Shown: in pieces, positions 11,849 to 24,999 of the stretch | Layout of the letters: every line of letters begins with the position of its first letter | Numbering within the stretch: the stretch's first letter is position 1 | Assembly: GCA_003427395.1 (NCBI GenBank) | Contig: BFEA01000001.1 | Location: 12,710,062 to 12,774,061 of the forward strand | Source of the DNA: Chara braunii | Lineage: Eukaryota; Plantae; Charophyceae | Direction of reading: 5' to 3' | DNA: 64,000 bases | Made by a program: the position numbers and the translations under genes | The notes under the pieces: model-generated | Seen by the model: only the letters and a program-made list of their open reading frames with translations | Database searches by the model: none | What the model was told of the DNA's origin: nothing

Positions 11849-12286
11849 AGTCCACTGTGACCTTGTTACAGCTTGAGACCCCTTTCCCTTCCCACTGCTG
11901 TGTACTAAGATGCCTGATGGATGTAAGAAGCCTGGGGGATGGATGGTGAAGGACAGTGTGATGTCATGCACATAGTTGTGTGTGGCAATGCCGTCTCCTC
12001 TATTGCACAGTTGCAACGTTGCTAACATGGTGGCAATGTCGTCTTCCTCTCGTGCACATGTTGCCTCATCATTCATGGCATTCTATGCGTTATGCAGATG
12101 TTGGGCCCACAGTAGTCACGGGATCGCCACCTGCCACGCTGTCGCCGCCATCGCCTCCGCTTCAGCTGCCCACGTGGCCTCCCCCAGCTTCGCCAATCGG
12201 CCACCTCGGCAACCAATCTGCGTTGCGCCCCTATTTATCGGCTCTACTCAACAAAACATCATCCTTAACTCCGCATCCAGTGCCCA

Positions 12287-13680
12287 TGATCGAAGCTCCC
12301 TCCTTGTCGCCTCAGTCGGGAGCGGGCTCTGAGCAGGGAGAAGATCTCGTTGGAAGTTCCTTGCAGCCGTCCTTCGCCTCCGGCCATGACTTGCAAGTAG
12401 GTGAGAGTCAGATTCTGTTGTCCCAGCACAGTCCGATACTTCCAGGTTTGATCGAAGGAGACATACAAGGAGGCAAGGACTCTCTGCAGCTGTCTCCATC
12501 ATCATCATCATCATGGGGCAATAGACAAGACCAGGTGCAGGTCCAGGGAGCTGCTGCCGCACCAAGCGGTGCTCCCACTGCTGGTTTAGAAGTTCAACAT
12601 GGTGCATATTCCAACGGTACCAGTGCTGCTCCTTCCGGAAGCTCCCCCGAAGCAAACCCTTACGGCCAAATCTATTATGCGCCTGACCTTGATCGAGACA
12701 ACGGGGCACTTTTCAATCACCCCAGTGTACCCCTGCTATTCACACCACTACTGCTGTACTGGACGGTGCTGATCCGAATGTCCTGTGACCTCTATGTCTA
12801 AGGATGAGAAAAAGGGTCGGAACGTGTACATAACACCGAACTTGGGATTGTGGACTAACGGTGAGCCGTGTAGCATCATCTTTCGAATGTTCGACAGGTC
12901 CTCCAGCCGCTCTGCCCCTCTCCGGATGAGTGTTTGAGTCATCTCTGAAGCCGGATTGGATCTCTCCGCGCTCTGCAATGTGATAATTGCGTCAAGAATG
13001 TGGAATGATGCCTTCGTGAACAACCGACTCGCAGGGCATATTCACACTACAAGTAGCATTGTTGCAGCTGTATATAACCGAAATTGCGGCCAGATGCGGT
13101 CAAATAGCCCGACTCGGAGTGGATGCTCCCAACTTAGCAGACATCAACAGTCCAGATTCAGTGACGGCAGAGCATTGATGGGAATAGAAATGTGGCCGCG
13201 ATTAATTGAGGAAACTGCAGTGCGAAAGTGACTGTTTGTTGTTCGGATACGATCATACATGAACCAAGTTAACAGCCCGCTCACGGACTCGAACGAGAAA
13301 ATGACAACTGTAGCAGAGGCAGAGAGTGAGACATTATCATGTGCCGAGTAGGACGCCAAGCCAAGTGCCAAGTTGGACATTCATTGGCGGAGGCCCGAGG
13401 GGACAACATCAGCTTGTACTGGATGGCATGTAAAGAGAGTGATGGAAGGGTGGGGCTGATGAATGGACTACAGCCAACCACGTGATTAAGGCATGGAGCG
13501 ACGGGTGTTGTTAGGGGGCCAATCAGTAGCAGATATCAACAACTGGAATTGGAGCAATGTCCTTTGACAGTCTGTGATCGCAAGTGCGCTCTTTTGTCTG
13601 CTCCGCAAACAGACATGACAGAGCACATGAATGGAATGAGGGAAGATACAAAGAAAGAAATTGACCACGGAGAGTGAGGA
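12287..13680 (+). pseudogene. Decayed ORF of unknown (probably TE) origin
   Basis: Protein-like frames broken by stops; no recognisable motif. Confidence 0.3.
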
Positions 13681-13720
13681 TCATCTGGCGATTAGTTTTT
13701 GTCCTTTTTTCCGATTGTAC

Positions 13721-13816
13721 GTGTGTGTGTGCGTGTGTGCGTGTGTGCGTGTGTGCGTGTGTGTGTGTTTGTGCGTGTGTGCCTGTGTGTGTGTATAAGA
13801 GAGAGAGAGAGAGAGN

Positions 13817-13887
<71 letters not shown>
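13721..13887. repeat. (GT)n+(GA)n microsatellite; (CTT)n nearby at 14033-14076
   Basis: Direct observation. Confidence 0.95.
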
Positions 13888-13891
<4 letters not shown>

Positions 13892-14999
13892 CGGTTGTCA
13901 ATCCCTCATGCAAAGAGGTTCGGGACTTGGGTGGGGAATGTTGGTTTTGAAAGTCACAACAATCTGACGAGGAAGGCGTGCAATGCAAGATTGAAGGAGA
14001 GGTGTATTCTCGCAAGAACATTTGTCTCTTTTTTCTTCTTCTTCTTCTTCTTCTTCTTCTTCTTCTTCTTCTTCTTCCTCCTCCTCCTCCTCTGCTGCTG
14101 CTCGTGCTCTGTGACTGTCAGATCACAAGAAAGTTGCGTCATCGGGCTCCATTGTCTTTATCATTATCTTTAATTCTTCTTATTCTTCTTCTTTCTGCTG
14201 CAGATGCTGCTGCTTCTCCTCCGCCGTGACTTAAACATCTCGAGAACGACGTGACATTGGAGAACCTGTGACTTCAAGGTTGCAACAAATAATATAAAAT
14301 GGGGCATGCCTTTTTGTGCGGCCAGCGATTTACAGAGAATGACAAAAACAGGCCGTTCGAGTCTCCTTCCCCTGAAGGGAGACCCATTTCTAAACGGAGG
14401 TACCCCCCCCTTGTGGCCTATCCACGGAGAAACGATCCTATCGATACCTACCTGTGTCATTCCCTGCGGAGAAAAAAAATCATCTACAGTTGTAGGAGCG
14501 CTACTGCGATGATATGGCACTCCACCCGGGGGAAGCATGTGATACCCATAGAGCTGTACAGGCCTGTAAGGGGAAGACATTCCCTCGAATAGGTCAAAAG
14601 GCAGTGTAAACTTTGCCTGCCCTTAGCATGTCAAAGGATACTGAAAGGAAGAACCTAGATTGTGATGAGTCAACTGGCCCTTTGGAAGTGGAAGTTTCGA
14701 GAACCAGAAGATAGGCAGAAGGTTCGTATCTTGTTGGGTGAGTGTCATATGCTTGTCTTAGTCGCTTTCCTAGTAGTCCCCCGAGGTTGCTGTCACAGCC
14801 CCGGGATGTGTGAACAGTGGACCGCTGGATGTGCATGGTGGGACTTGGGCGAGCTAGAGTTGTGGGATGGGAAAGAAGGTGTAGTTGAGGGAAGAAGGAC
14901 AGAGAATCCACCTAATGAGGATGTGGCCACAACACAAACTCATCAGAGAGCCACGAATGTGTGTCAGACGATGCTTGTTTCACACATATTCCATGAAGG

Positions 15000-16385
15000 G
15001 ATCCACGAATATTACATCAATGATTTTGAAGTCCTAATATGTGTATGACAGTTGGTCGAAGGTTCCCATGCAGGGGCTTAGTTTTCTTTGGTCATGAGGT
15101 GTATCCGCATGCATGATGTTTCATGCCCATGAGTTTTGAGATTTTGAGGAAAATGATTGTATACCCCTGCTGCTGGATTCAATGTGTAATGAGCATGTGC
15201 GCTAAGAAATTTAGTTAAGGCGTGCATCCACGTTTTCCCGGGAGTTATGGACCTTGGTTCAACATCGCCAAGGAGTCTCTAGGGTCTTTCTCTAACCACT
15301 CAGTTTCTAACTCCTCTAAGGACTCAGACACATCCATCGAACAGAGTATCGATTGGTCCTGATCTGTCTGCGGGGCGACCATGCGGTCAATAGCCTTGGC
15401 CATCGTCTGAAATGGAGAAGGTAAGGTTACCACTTCAGCACGAGTAAGAGCGGCTAACACTCCTACTGGCCCGAGGTGTTTCCTTCGGAAGTGCTCGCAG
15501 AAGCACCACCAGAGTTCGAAGATCCAACTGTCACTATTGAGGACGCGATGTTCGTAGCGACCCGCTTACTCTTGCACTTAGCCATCGTGTGCCCATACTG
15601 GCGACATTCAGGCAAGCGCCTCAAGCAACACAGTCTCGCCACACTCTAGACCAAGCTTCACCCATATGGGTGGTCCTTGGTCACTTTTTCCCTTGGGCCG
15701 ACCTACCTTCTGTTTCCCGACCCCCTTAGCCTTTTCCCCGATAGGAGCGACCAATCCACCATTTGAAGTCTCCCATCTAACTCTGTTTCTTCCCGAAGGT
15801 CATCGAAGTCATCAATCTCAGTCACTTGACCATCACGATCAATGAACATGAGATTGCCTTTCTTCCTCCAGTCTTGAGGGAGTTCTTATTTCTCCGATCT
15901 ACCGGTCTCTGTTGGGCACTCCCAAGCCTAGCCTCAATGTCTAAGGCCTTCTTGTTGAATGAAGCAAAGTCATGTACATCGATGGAGGCCTCATCGACCA
16001 ACTTTTTCTTGACATCTGTAGGCAGACGTCGCAAGTAAGTTGTCAACAGGACCTGCGGTTCGTACTGCACACCAGGGACAACGATCAACCGCTCTACGAC
16101 GTCTGTTACCTCGCGAACTGTCTGGTATCTCTTCAACCCTAAACTAGCCAACGAATCGGTAGCCTTCTAAGCCCCTTGGGGATCATGCCACCTGCTGTAA
16201 ACTAACTGTATGAACTCCTTCAATGATCTGCCCTGTGCCCAGCCATCGAAGTTCTGACAGCAGCCCTGTTGTTGTACTAATCCATTCAACCACCTTGTTG
16301 CAGATACTTCTAGAAAGGACGCAGCGACAATGACTTTCTCCTTTGTCCTAGTGAGTTTGTGCCTCACATCTATGAATCCCCCTCG
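15000..16385 (-). mobile_element. Ty3/Gypsy gag remnant
   Basis: Gag-like ORF 15822-16151 (LLTTYLRRLPTDVKKKL...KKALDIEARL); frameshifted zinc knuckle CLxCRQYGHTMAKC at ~15572-15620. Confidence 0.7.
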
Positions 16386-17117
16386 GCGGCAGCCATGCAC
16401 GGCCGCGGTCACGACCTCGCGGTCATGAAAAAAAAATAAAAAATAAAAATGAAGTAAAAAAATTCTCGAAAACAAATGTGTTATGCAGAAAAATAAATTG
16501 AACAACTATCTCCTTGAGTCCTTGTGGTCATATCCAAAAACTTTACTAAATTTGAAATTAAAAAACACGTAAGTTGGGTAGCACGGCGTACATGTACGTG
16601 GGCTCCGCATACATGCATACGTGTATGCACATATGCATATACGTGTCGCATACGTATGCGCGCGTACCCAAATTTAGGGTACGCGTACGTGGTCACAGCG
16701 GGCCGTTTCCCGGGTTTGTCTTGGCCCGGTAGGGGTTGGGGGGTGGGCGTTGGGATTGGTGTGTGTGTGTGTGTGNNNNNNNNNNNNNNNNNNNNNNNNN
16801 GTGTGTTTAATGAGATAAATTGCAAAGCAATTGCACAACCTGGCCAAGCCAGGAACAGTATAGAAACACATAGCATGCAATGTCACAAAGAAAGCACAGT
16901 ATCATGCTATTTAATCATATCGGTCACCATCNTACACCTACAGCCATTGCTCACATTCTCCAATTATCACCAAGCCATTTGCTGTTCACAGGGGGGGAGC
17001 GAGAAAGAGAGAGGGGGGGAGGGGAAGGAGGAGTAGGGAAGGGGGACAGTAAGAAAAGAGGAGGAGAACCTTCTTCGACAGGACCAATTTCCAGATTCGA
17101 GGAAGGAGGGTGGCGCG

Positions 17118-17165
17118 TCCCTAAAGCGCTTTTCGCCGTTTGCGCCGAACGGCTCATCAGAGGGA
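17118..17165 (-). ncRNA. Minimal type I hammerhead ribozyme
   Basis: UCCCU-CUGAUGA-GCCGUU(CGGCGCA)AACGGC-GAAA-AGCGCU-UU-AGGGA: full catalytic core, 5-bp stem I, 6-bp stem II, palindromic stem III. Confidence 0.9.
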
Positions 17166-17399
17166 AAGACAAGATGAGAGTATACTGCAGGAATGGGTGG
17201 CATCCTACATCCACGGGCCCAATCGCCAGAGGAGTAGGGCGTCCCGAGCAGTGAGTTTGGGTGGACGAGCTGGATGTGTGTGGGGTATAGAAATTGCGGG
17301 TAATGGTCGGGAGGTGTTATGTGGAGGGGGATTATGTGTGCGTTGGGCATATAGTATGAGGTATAGGGCAAGTCGTAGGATATATAGGGGGGTCGCAAT

Positions 17400-18026
17400 A
17401 GAAAGGAGCAGGTAGGGGGAGAGTAGGATTGTATCATAGTTACCGTGTGTGCATTGATCTCCGCATCAGTAATGTGTTCGTCATTAGCTGGGGCCATCGC
17501 TGCCATCTCCAAAGGAGCAATCTTGCGCGCGTGTAGATGTAGTGCGATGTCAGGCCCGAGATGGATTCTGGTCACGTTGTGTGCCCAGGATCTGCTATCA
17601 CCAGGTGTCTGAAGCAACAATACCGGGTGGGCTCCGCCGGTCCGCAGATGCTATTGCGGAGGCAAGTCGCGTCGGAGTTGTGCAGATTGCGCAAGTCCGG
17701 CGCCAGGATTACTGATAGCGAGAGGGCGCTTAATGGGTGTCAGGAGTTCCTAAAATAGGCATTCTGAGAGTCGGAGGCGCGGGGAGTAGTGCGTAGGGCG
17801 GGAGGTTTCAGTTCGTGGGCGTGTTCTGTTATCCAATAAGGTAGGGGGCTTTTTTTTGGAGGGGGTTATACTGTAGGAAGGGATTCTTGGCGGACCAAGA
17901 GTCTGCTGTATTGGTGCTTTGTGTCAGTAAGTCTGATATGTTTTGTAGGGGTTGTCGGGGTTTGCTTGTTTGTGGGGGTAATGTTTTTTCTGATCTGTAT
18001 TTTCTAACTCGTTTTTTTGGGGGCAC
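17400..18026 (-). pseudogene. Accessory ORF downstream of the PLE RT (disrupted)
   Basis: Starts MPPKKRVRK (NLS-like); continues through stops/frameshift into ORF 16967-17620. Confidence 0.4.
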
Positions 18027-18438
18027 GTATTTGGTTCTCTGCCGATTTTCCGTGCACAGTGGGGCGTGGCCGCCCTTGTCGTGCGGGCAAGTTGATGTTT
18101 CGTAGTCTTTATCGTATCTGCTTCCTTTTTTGTTTTATCTGGTTCAGTCTCGGACAGCGCGTGTTATTCTTTTGCAGTAGTGAAAAAGTTCTTAGGTAAT
18201 TGAGTTTCCGGGATCAGTTGTTTTTTGTGGGGGGGTGGTGATTTTTTAAAAAACATATAGGGGGCTAAGGGTGGATTACACGGGGTTGTAGTGTTATCCT
18301 CTATGCTGGATTTTGCATTATTACTGTTAGAGAAGTTCTATGTGGGTATATGTGATGTGGCTGTTTATTTGGGATGTTGAGAGCTGATGGTGGGATGTAT
18401 ATACTGTATAGAGAAGGGGGGTTATATTTAACTAGTAG

Positions 18439-18443
18439 GTGTG

Positions 18444-18506
<63 letters not shown>

Positions 18507-18576
18507 GTGTGTGTATGTGTGTGTGTGTGTGTGTGTGTGCGCGTGTGTGTGTGTTTGTTTGTGTGTGTGTGTGTGT
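18439..18576. repeat. (GT)n microsatellite
   Basis: Direct observation. Confidence 0.95.
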
Positions 18577-18690
18577 CCCTCCCTCTTTCCCACGTGATGG
18601 CGGGCCGGAGGGGGCAGGTGTACGAATGACGACCATGCCCCTTCCGGGGGGCCGCCATCTGTACCAGATTATTATTTTATGAATAATAAT

Positions 18691-20850
18691 TTACACACAA
18701 GACACACGGAATAGTTCTCTGGTGTGTTTCATGGTTGTCTGGGGGTCGCAAGTGAATGGTTGGTAGGTGTTGGTGTTGTTGAGAACGCTTTCGATTATTC
18801 CGATGCATTTACGTGGGCTGAATCCATTCTGTGTCATCGTTCGTATTTCTTCGATTAGATCTTCAGCTGCATATCGGGGGTTTGACGTGACGGTCATAAT
18901 TGTTATGGTTTGTGGGATGAGTATTTTTAGTGATTGCATGACGGGTCTGTTTGAGTCAAATTTGAGGAATCTATTGATAACAAAGTTGAATTCTTTTCTT
19001 TTGTCATACTTTCTTGTCTCAAATGTGCCAGTTGTGTGATTGGTAACAGTGAGTGTTGCATTCAAAAAGTTGCATTTGGTTACTGCTTGTTAGTTGTTTG
19101 TCAAGGTGGTTTCTATTGTCTGGTCGTTGAGAGTTACGAAATTGAGGGGGTAAAGGTAGTATTTGCTTCTCTTGCTTTTAATCTCCGGGTTGATGAATTC
19201 CTTTATTCTGGGATTGTTGATGCTGTTGAGGTCATCAAAGTATTTGAATGTGTGTTGGAATAGGGGGAGTAGGTGGAGGTTAGGGGCTAGCCGCATTTTC
19301 TTCATGAATTTATATTCATAGTGAAAGAAGTAGATGTTGCACCACATGGGTGGGCAACTTAGGCCCATAGGTATACCAAGGGTCTGTTTCCAATAGGCAT
19401 CGCCGAGTGTTGTGTATGCGTTTTGCATGAGCCAACCGTTCATTTTCTGGATGTCGATGATTGTGAGTACTTTGGTGCTGGTTAGCCTGGCCGATGTCCA
19501 TGTTGCGTCAATGTAGAGCTCTTTGCCCTTTTCTCTTATTTTGCAGGCTATGCCTGCATTTCTGCCATGTATTTTTCTTGCTTCTTTAAAGGCAAGCTCG
19601 ATGAAGAAGTTGATGGTTGTTGGTAGGCCATCTTCTGATTCATCATGATTCATCATAATTCATCATGATTCATCAGTTGGGATGGTTTCGTAGCATATGG
19701 TGATGTCAGCGGAGTAGAGGTTATAGATCTGTGGGGGAAGGTTGTAAATATAGTCAGATACGGAGTCAACAATCCACCAGAACGGTATCTTGACTCTGTA
19801 TTCCTGTTCAGTGAGTTGTGTAAGGTCACCGCAGTGCTTTTTCACTGTTAGTGCAAGTTTGCTGAGAATGGTTGCACAGACGTCTGCAAGTGGTGAGAAG
19901 ATAACGTCAGAGGCATTGGTAAGCCATCTGAAAGAGTTCTTATGTTTTTTGTAGGTTGCCATGAGGTAGGGTAGTTCTGTGTTTTTTATGGGGACGAATG
20001 GGAACTGAGTTTCAATTTGATATTTTAGTATCCTGATGAGTTCTTGTGGGGTACATTCACAGGGGGTGAAGTCGTTTCCAGAGAGTCATTTCAGGGCCAG
20101 ATATCTGATGTAGTTGATGCAGGTGAAAGTGGGTGTATTGGGCGCTTTGTCCGCACCGGCAATGTAGAAATGTTTCGTGATGAAGTCAATTTCATTTTTG
20201 ATGCTGGGGTGTGATAGATCAAAGGCGAGGGGTCGGTGGAAGTTCGTGTAGTTTCGTTTGATGTTATGTTTAAGTTGGTACTGTGCTGTTTTCTTCTGTT
20301 CTGGAGTGATAAGCAATCCCTCCAAGTTTATCAACTCGATTGCTATGTCTAGTGCAGTTTGACATTCTTTCTTGACTTCGTGTGCGTTGTATGATTTAAG
20401 TGGGATGTGGTTGAGGCCTTTTTCTATCTGTTTTCTTAATTCCACGTTGCCAATTATCATGGGGTCGAGGGTCACCACATGGGGTAGGACGGAGTTATCA
20501 CCCCATTCGTGGATAAAGTTAGTGTATCTGGTGTGATGGCAAAAACATCTCTGTCCTTGTTCATTATACCATTGTTCAAGGTTGAAATTTGTAAATACAG
20601 CCGAGGGTTTGTATAATTGTTGTGCCAGGTGGTTGTCATATGTCCATCCGAAAGTAATGTCTTGGAGTCTTTCACCGGCTAGCAGGTTGTGTTGTTTCAG
20701 GATGTTAGCGAAGAGTTTTTTAATCTTCACTCTTTCCATCAGTCTATTTCTGTAATGTAAATGGATGATTTTTCTGCAGGGCTCTGTGGGTCTCTTCCAA
20801 CCGCGTCTCCCGTCCTCCATGACCTGTAAAGAAGTGACCTGGTCATACAA
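18691..20850 (-). pseudogene. Penelope-like reverse transcriptase (disrupted)
   Basis: CFC..HVVTLD..LRKQIEKGLNH, ADKAPN, YSADITICYETIP, QTLGIPMG, KYFDD, YDKRKEFNF..RF..FDSN; stops, plus a frameshift from a local duplication at ~19637-19676. Confidence 0.92.
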
Positions 20851-21537
20851 CAGAATGGTGGGGGTTAGTAAGATTCGTTATTGATAGTCAAGATGGATGT
20901 ATGTAATTTTTTAGGGGAGTGGTTTGTTAGGGGGCAGTGTCATTATCGGTGCTGTGTGTTAGCTTTCATTTGTGTCTGAGTTTCGGGGGCTAATTGCCAA
21001 AACCGGTTGTTTTCTTTATGGTGTACTAATTCATATTGGACCAAGTAGAGTAGGTTTTAATCAAGGGGATTTGGTTTTGTCAGTTATCCCGATGTGGCTG
21101 GGTTGTGGTATTGTTACTCCTTTACAGGGGCATTCACTGGGAGTATTAGGTGCGGTGAAGGGTGCAATTAGCGAGGGAGAGGAGGGAACAAAAAGGAATT
21201 CAGGTCAACAGACAGGTCAGCGTCTGCCACATTTAGCAATGGCCTTGAGAAACCAACACTCCTAGGTTTATTTAAAGCAAAAAAGAAGGAGCGGTTCAGT
21301 GATCTTCACCACCTGCACAATCAGTGTCGGGTCCTTAGTCTTCTGAAAAAAAATCTCAGGGGCTTCTGATTACATACGTTGATCGGTATGTATCCGGTCC
21401 CTATCCTAATCTGAGTAACAGGGCGTACTGGTAAGGTCTCAGCAAAATGTGCTAGCGTGGGTGTTTCTCTATCATTAGGCATCGTTCTACTGTACACAAT
21501 TTTTTATGCCGCTAAACCAGGGGTATCTCATCTATTC

Positions 21538-23898
21538 TTAGTAGTCCCGTACTATCAGTCTGTCATCGCCAAAGTCATTGCCCAAGTTTCTCCTAATGGT
21601 CTTGGGGTTGGATGAACCTTCATCGTATGCTGCATTGTCGTCGGTGGCTGCCTCAGTAACGGAGCCTGCCATGGATTCTTCGATGCCGATGCTCCTGAAG
21701 ATGTGGCCAAACGAGTTGATGGCCTTGGTTGGAGTGTCCGGGGAGGGAGAGCTGACATCGATCGCGTTCTGTCTTCTGGTACCTTCTATATTGCTTGGTC
21801 CGGTGCTGTTGGCGATCAGCACAGGTCTGGGCTGTGTGCCTTCAAACAGGTGCTGGCGAGTCTATGTGTTGGGCAGTTGTGATCGGTTCCCCAGAATCTG
21901 GTTGCGAGTAGGGAGCCAACTAAGGCTGTTGGCGAGTTGGATGGGCGGGCTGACTTGGAGTGCAGTTGCAGATGGGGTGGTACCGGACAGCATGGGAGTG
22001 GCCGTGTGGGTGGGTAGTGGGAGGAGTGGCGGTATGTGGGGGTCTGTGTGTGCCGTGTTGAGTGCCCTGGTGATGAGTTGTTGTGCTTCAGTGTGCAGGT
22101 TGGTTTTGTCTTGGTTTCTCCTTCTTCATCCCTTTGCGTTCCCTTGGTGAGCCGTGTTGCGGAGCGATCTGCGTGCATTCCCATTCTTCCTAGCCCTCTT
22201 CAGTGGGCGTGTTTCCGGGTTGCAGTGATGAGTTACAGCAGGCTCTGTTCTTGCATTTGTATTGGGCATGCTCACATGTTGTTGTTGTAGGGCAGGTTCT
22301 GGTGGAGGTGCTGGAGGCGAGGGGGTGCCGGTTGCTCTTGGTGTGCGTGTTGCATTGCATGTGGCTTGCGCCAGATCAATTGAGTGTGCGGGCGTGTGCG
22401 TGGCCTGCTGCTGGCTTGGCGTTGCTATTGAGGGTGGCGTGCTGGTTGTGGCATGGTGTCGTGGGGTGCGCGACGGTGTGGATGAGATGATATCAGCGGG
22501 GAGTGGGACGAATGGGAGTGGCGTCTGTCTTGTTCTGCTCCTCTGCGCAGTGTCTGGCTCGGCTGCCAGTGCACTCCTTCTGTTGCTATTTGCTGTGCCA
22601 GGGGTCTTGGTACGCTCGTCTGGGAACATGATCCCAGCGAATCTTGCAGCAAATGGGATGTTCTTCAGTGAGGGGTGGTCAAGTAGGCCTTCGACTATAG
22701 ACATTGTGTCGTCGATGAGTCGATCTAGCAAATCCCTCATTATCTTCCTCATGTGCAGGAAGGTCACCTGTGCAAGAATCGGCCCCTTCCATTCCGTTTC
22801 CAGCTTTTGTTGCAGGTCGAGCATGCGCGTGACGTCCGACGGTGCGTTCGGGTCAAAGAAGTCCAGGTTGGCGATGTAGTACCATAGCATATGGTCAAGC
22901 CAAGTGATTGTCTTCCCGCAGTTCTTCTCGCAAGTACACTTGAGGTATGGACGACCGATGTTCCACATCTTCTTAACTTCTTCCAGAGTTTGTGGGACTC
23001 TTGCGAATCCTTTCTGCATGAGTACCGGTTTGGAGATGGTGCATTTGGTCTTATTGAGGATCGCTAGGATTGGGAAATCTCCATCAAAGGGGGGTCTATT
23101 TGTGGGATAGTGTAAGGTGAAGTTGTGAGCGGCTTGTCTGCAGGCTTCCATGTCCCCATCGGACAAGTTGGCCAGTGCTTTGTCACCATCGATTGAAATG
23201 GGTGCAGTGTAGTTAAAAGAGTCAAGGTACCACAGTTTGTGAGCGACGTGCTTGTTGTTCTTCTCTACCCATGTGTCAGACGCAATTGGGAGGAAGTGGC
23301 TGTCCTGTGCGAATTTGTGTACTTTGCCAGTCTTATCAATCGGAGTGCTTGACATGACCATGTTCAGTCTGCGTTCGTGCTGTTTTTCCAAGTACTCTAT
23401 TTCTGCTTGGGACAGTCCTATCCTTCGTCTCCGTGCCTGTCTTTTCTCATTGACATCGATAGAGATGTCTATCTCTCCCATATCATTAAGGTGGTCAGAG
23501 CAGTACCCGAACTTGTCGAGTATGGTTTTTTCTCCCTTCGCAATCACCCTACCAAGTTCTCTGTTGTGAACTCTGTTCCTAAAGGCAATGACCTGCGCAT
23601 TGAGTGTATATGCCTCGATAAGATTGTGTATCTTTTCCGGCTCCGTCTCGTACTTATGGCTAATGATCGCCCAGTCACTGAACGTGAGGAGCTCAATCAG
23701 GTTCGGAGACGGTGATGCAGTGTGAAATCGGAGTAGCAGATCTCGGGGTAGTGCCATAAGGATCAGCTGGGAATGAACGATCGGTGGTTGCAGCGTGGCG
23801 AAGGGAGCAACCCTTCGTGCAAGATCCGTATGCCATCCTCGGTTGGTGATTTCCTGATCCTGCAAAAAAATTGAGCAAGTCTGGGTGTTAGTTATCAT
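21538..23898 (-). pseudogene. PLE-associated ORF1 (~780 codons with two in-frame stops)
   Basis: 590-aa ORF continues in frame into 21538-21822; CTCEKNC...DH motif; Pro/Thr/Ala-rich C-terminal half. Confidence 0.65.
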
Positions 23899-24999
23899 TT
23901 TGTTAATGTAGTTGGGTGGTAAATAGATGCGTAGGTAGGCGGGGCGGGGGGAAGGGAAGGAGGGGGGACTTAGTTTTTTTGGGGGGGCCTACCTTGATTT
24001 CTGGCCAGAGCCTTCGTCTTGTGTCCTTGTAGCGCTCGATAACACCCTACATCCACCGGCATCAGTAAGATGTCATTCTGTGAGTGTGGTTTCTATTTTT
24101 GGTAAGGGTATCTTGGTGCCAGCTGTGCGAAATTCAGGCGTTGGTTGGTATAGAGTCGGTTTTTTTTTTTTGCAGTGTGTGTATGTGTGTCTCTTTTATG
24201 TTTATTTATTTTCTTTTTGTTTTTAGCAAGGATTTATTAGGTGCCTGTGCAGGGTTGGTGCTTTCAGAGGGGGCTGTGTGTTCTTAATTTATAGTAGGGG
24301 TAAGTTGCTGGTGGGTGGTGAGGGGTGACTGGCCCAGGGTTTGTTTGTCATTGCCCGATGTCGGTGTTATATTGAGCCTGCATTCCATTGGTTGAAAAAG
24401 GTTAAGCAAAGGTCAGGTTAGGGAGGAAGTGACGCAGGGAGGGTTGTCGTTTCATTCGTATGAGCTGCGGCTGTGTCGGTTGGGGTGTCTGTGTTTGCGT
24501 TTGTTTTATTTTTTAATTTTTTACTTTTATTTTTTGGTTTTGCATCCGATGTGAGTTATAGACGCGGTTTTCCTTATTTATACAGTGTCAGTCTTGAAGT
24601 ATTCAATGATTTGAGGAGTATCTTGTTCTGTTATTTTAGTTAACGTTGTAGTAGATTTCACCACAGCTCTGGGCCGCTTGTTTTTTTTGGAGGGTCGTGT
24701 CTTTTCGTGTGTCTTTAGCTCCTGGTGTGCGAGGGTCGGTCCGATTACTAGGTGTTGCCTATCCTCCAGGTTTTTAGGCCTTAGTTGTTTTATCGCTTTA
24801 GATTAAAAAATTATTTTGTTCTCTTTGCAATATTTATTTTTTACTATTTAAGCATACCAGGCCTCTGTTTGTCCGTGTAGCGGAGTTCTGTATCTGCGCA
24901 TCTCTTCATTGTTGTTGTTATCTCTATTATTGCGCACCTAGTGCCAAGACTACGCATACTCGCTGCCGTGTTCTATTCAAGTTGAGAGTTTTGTTCGCC

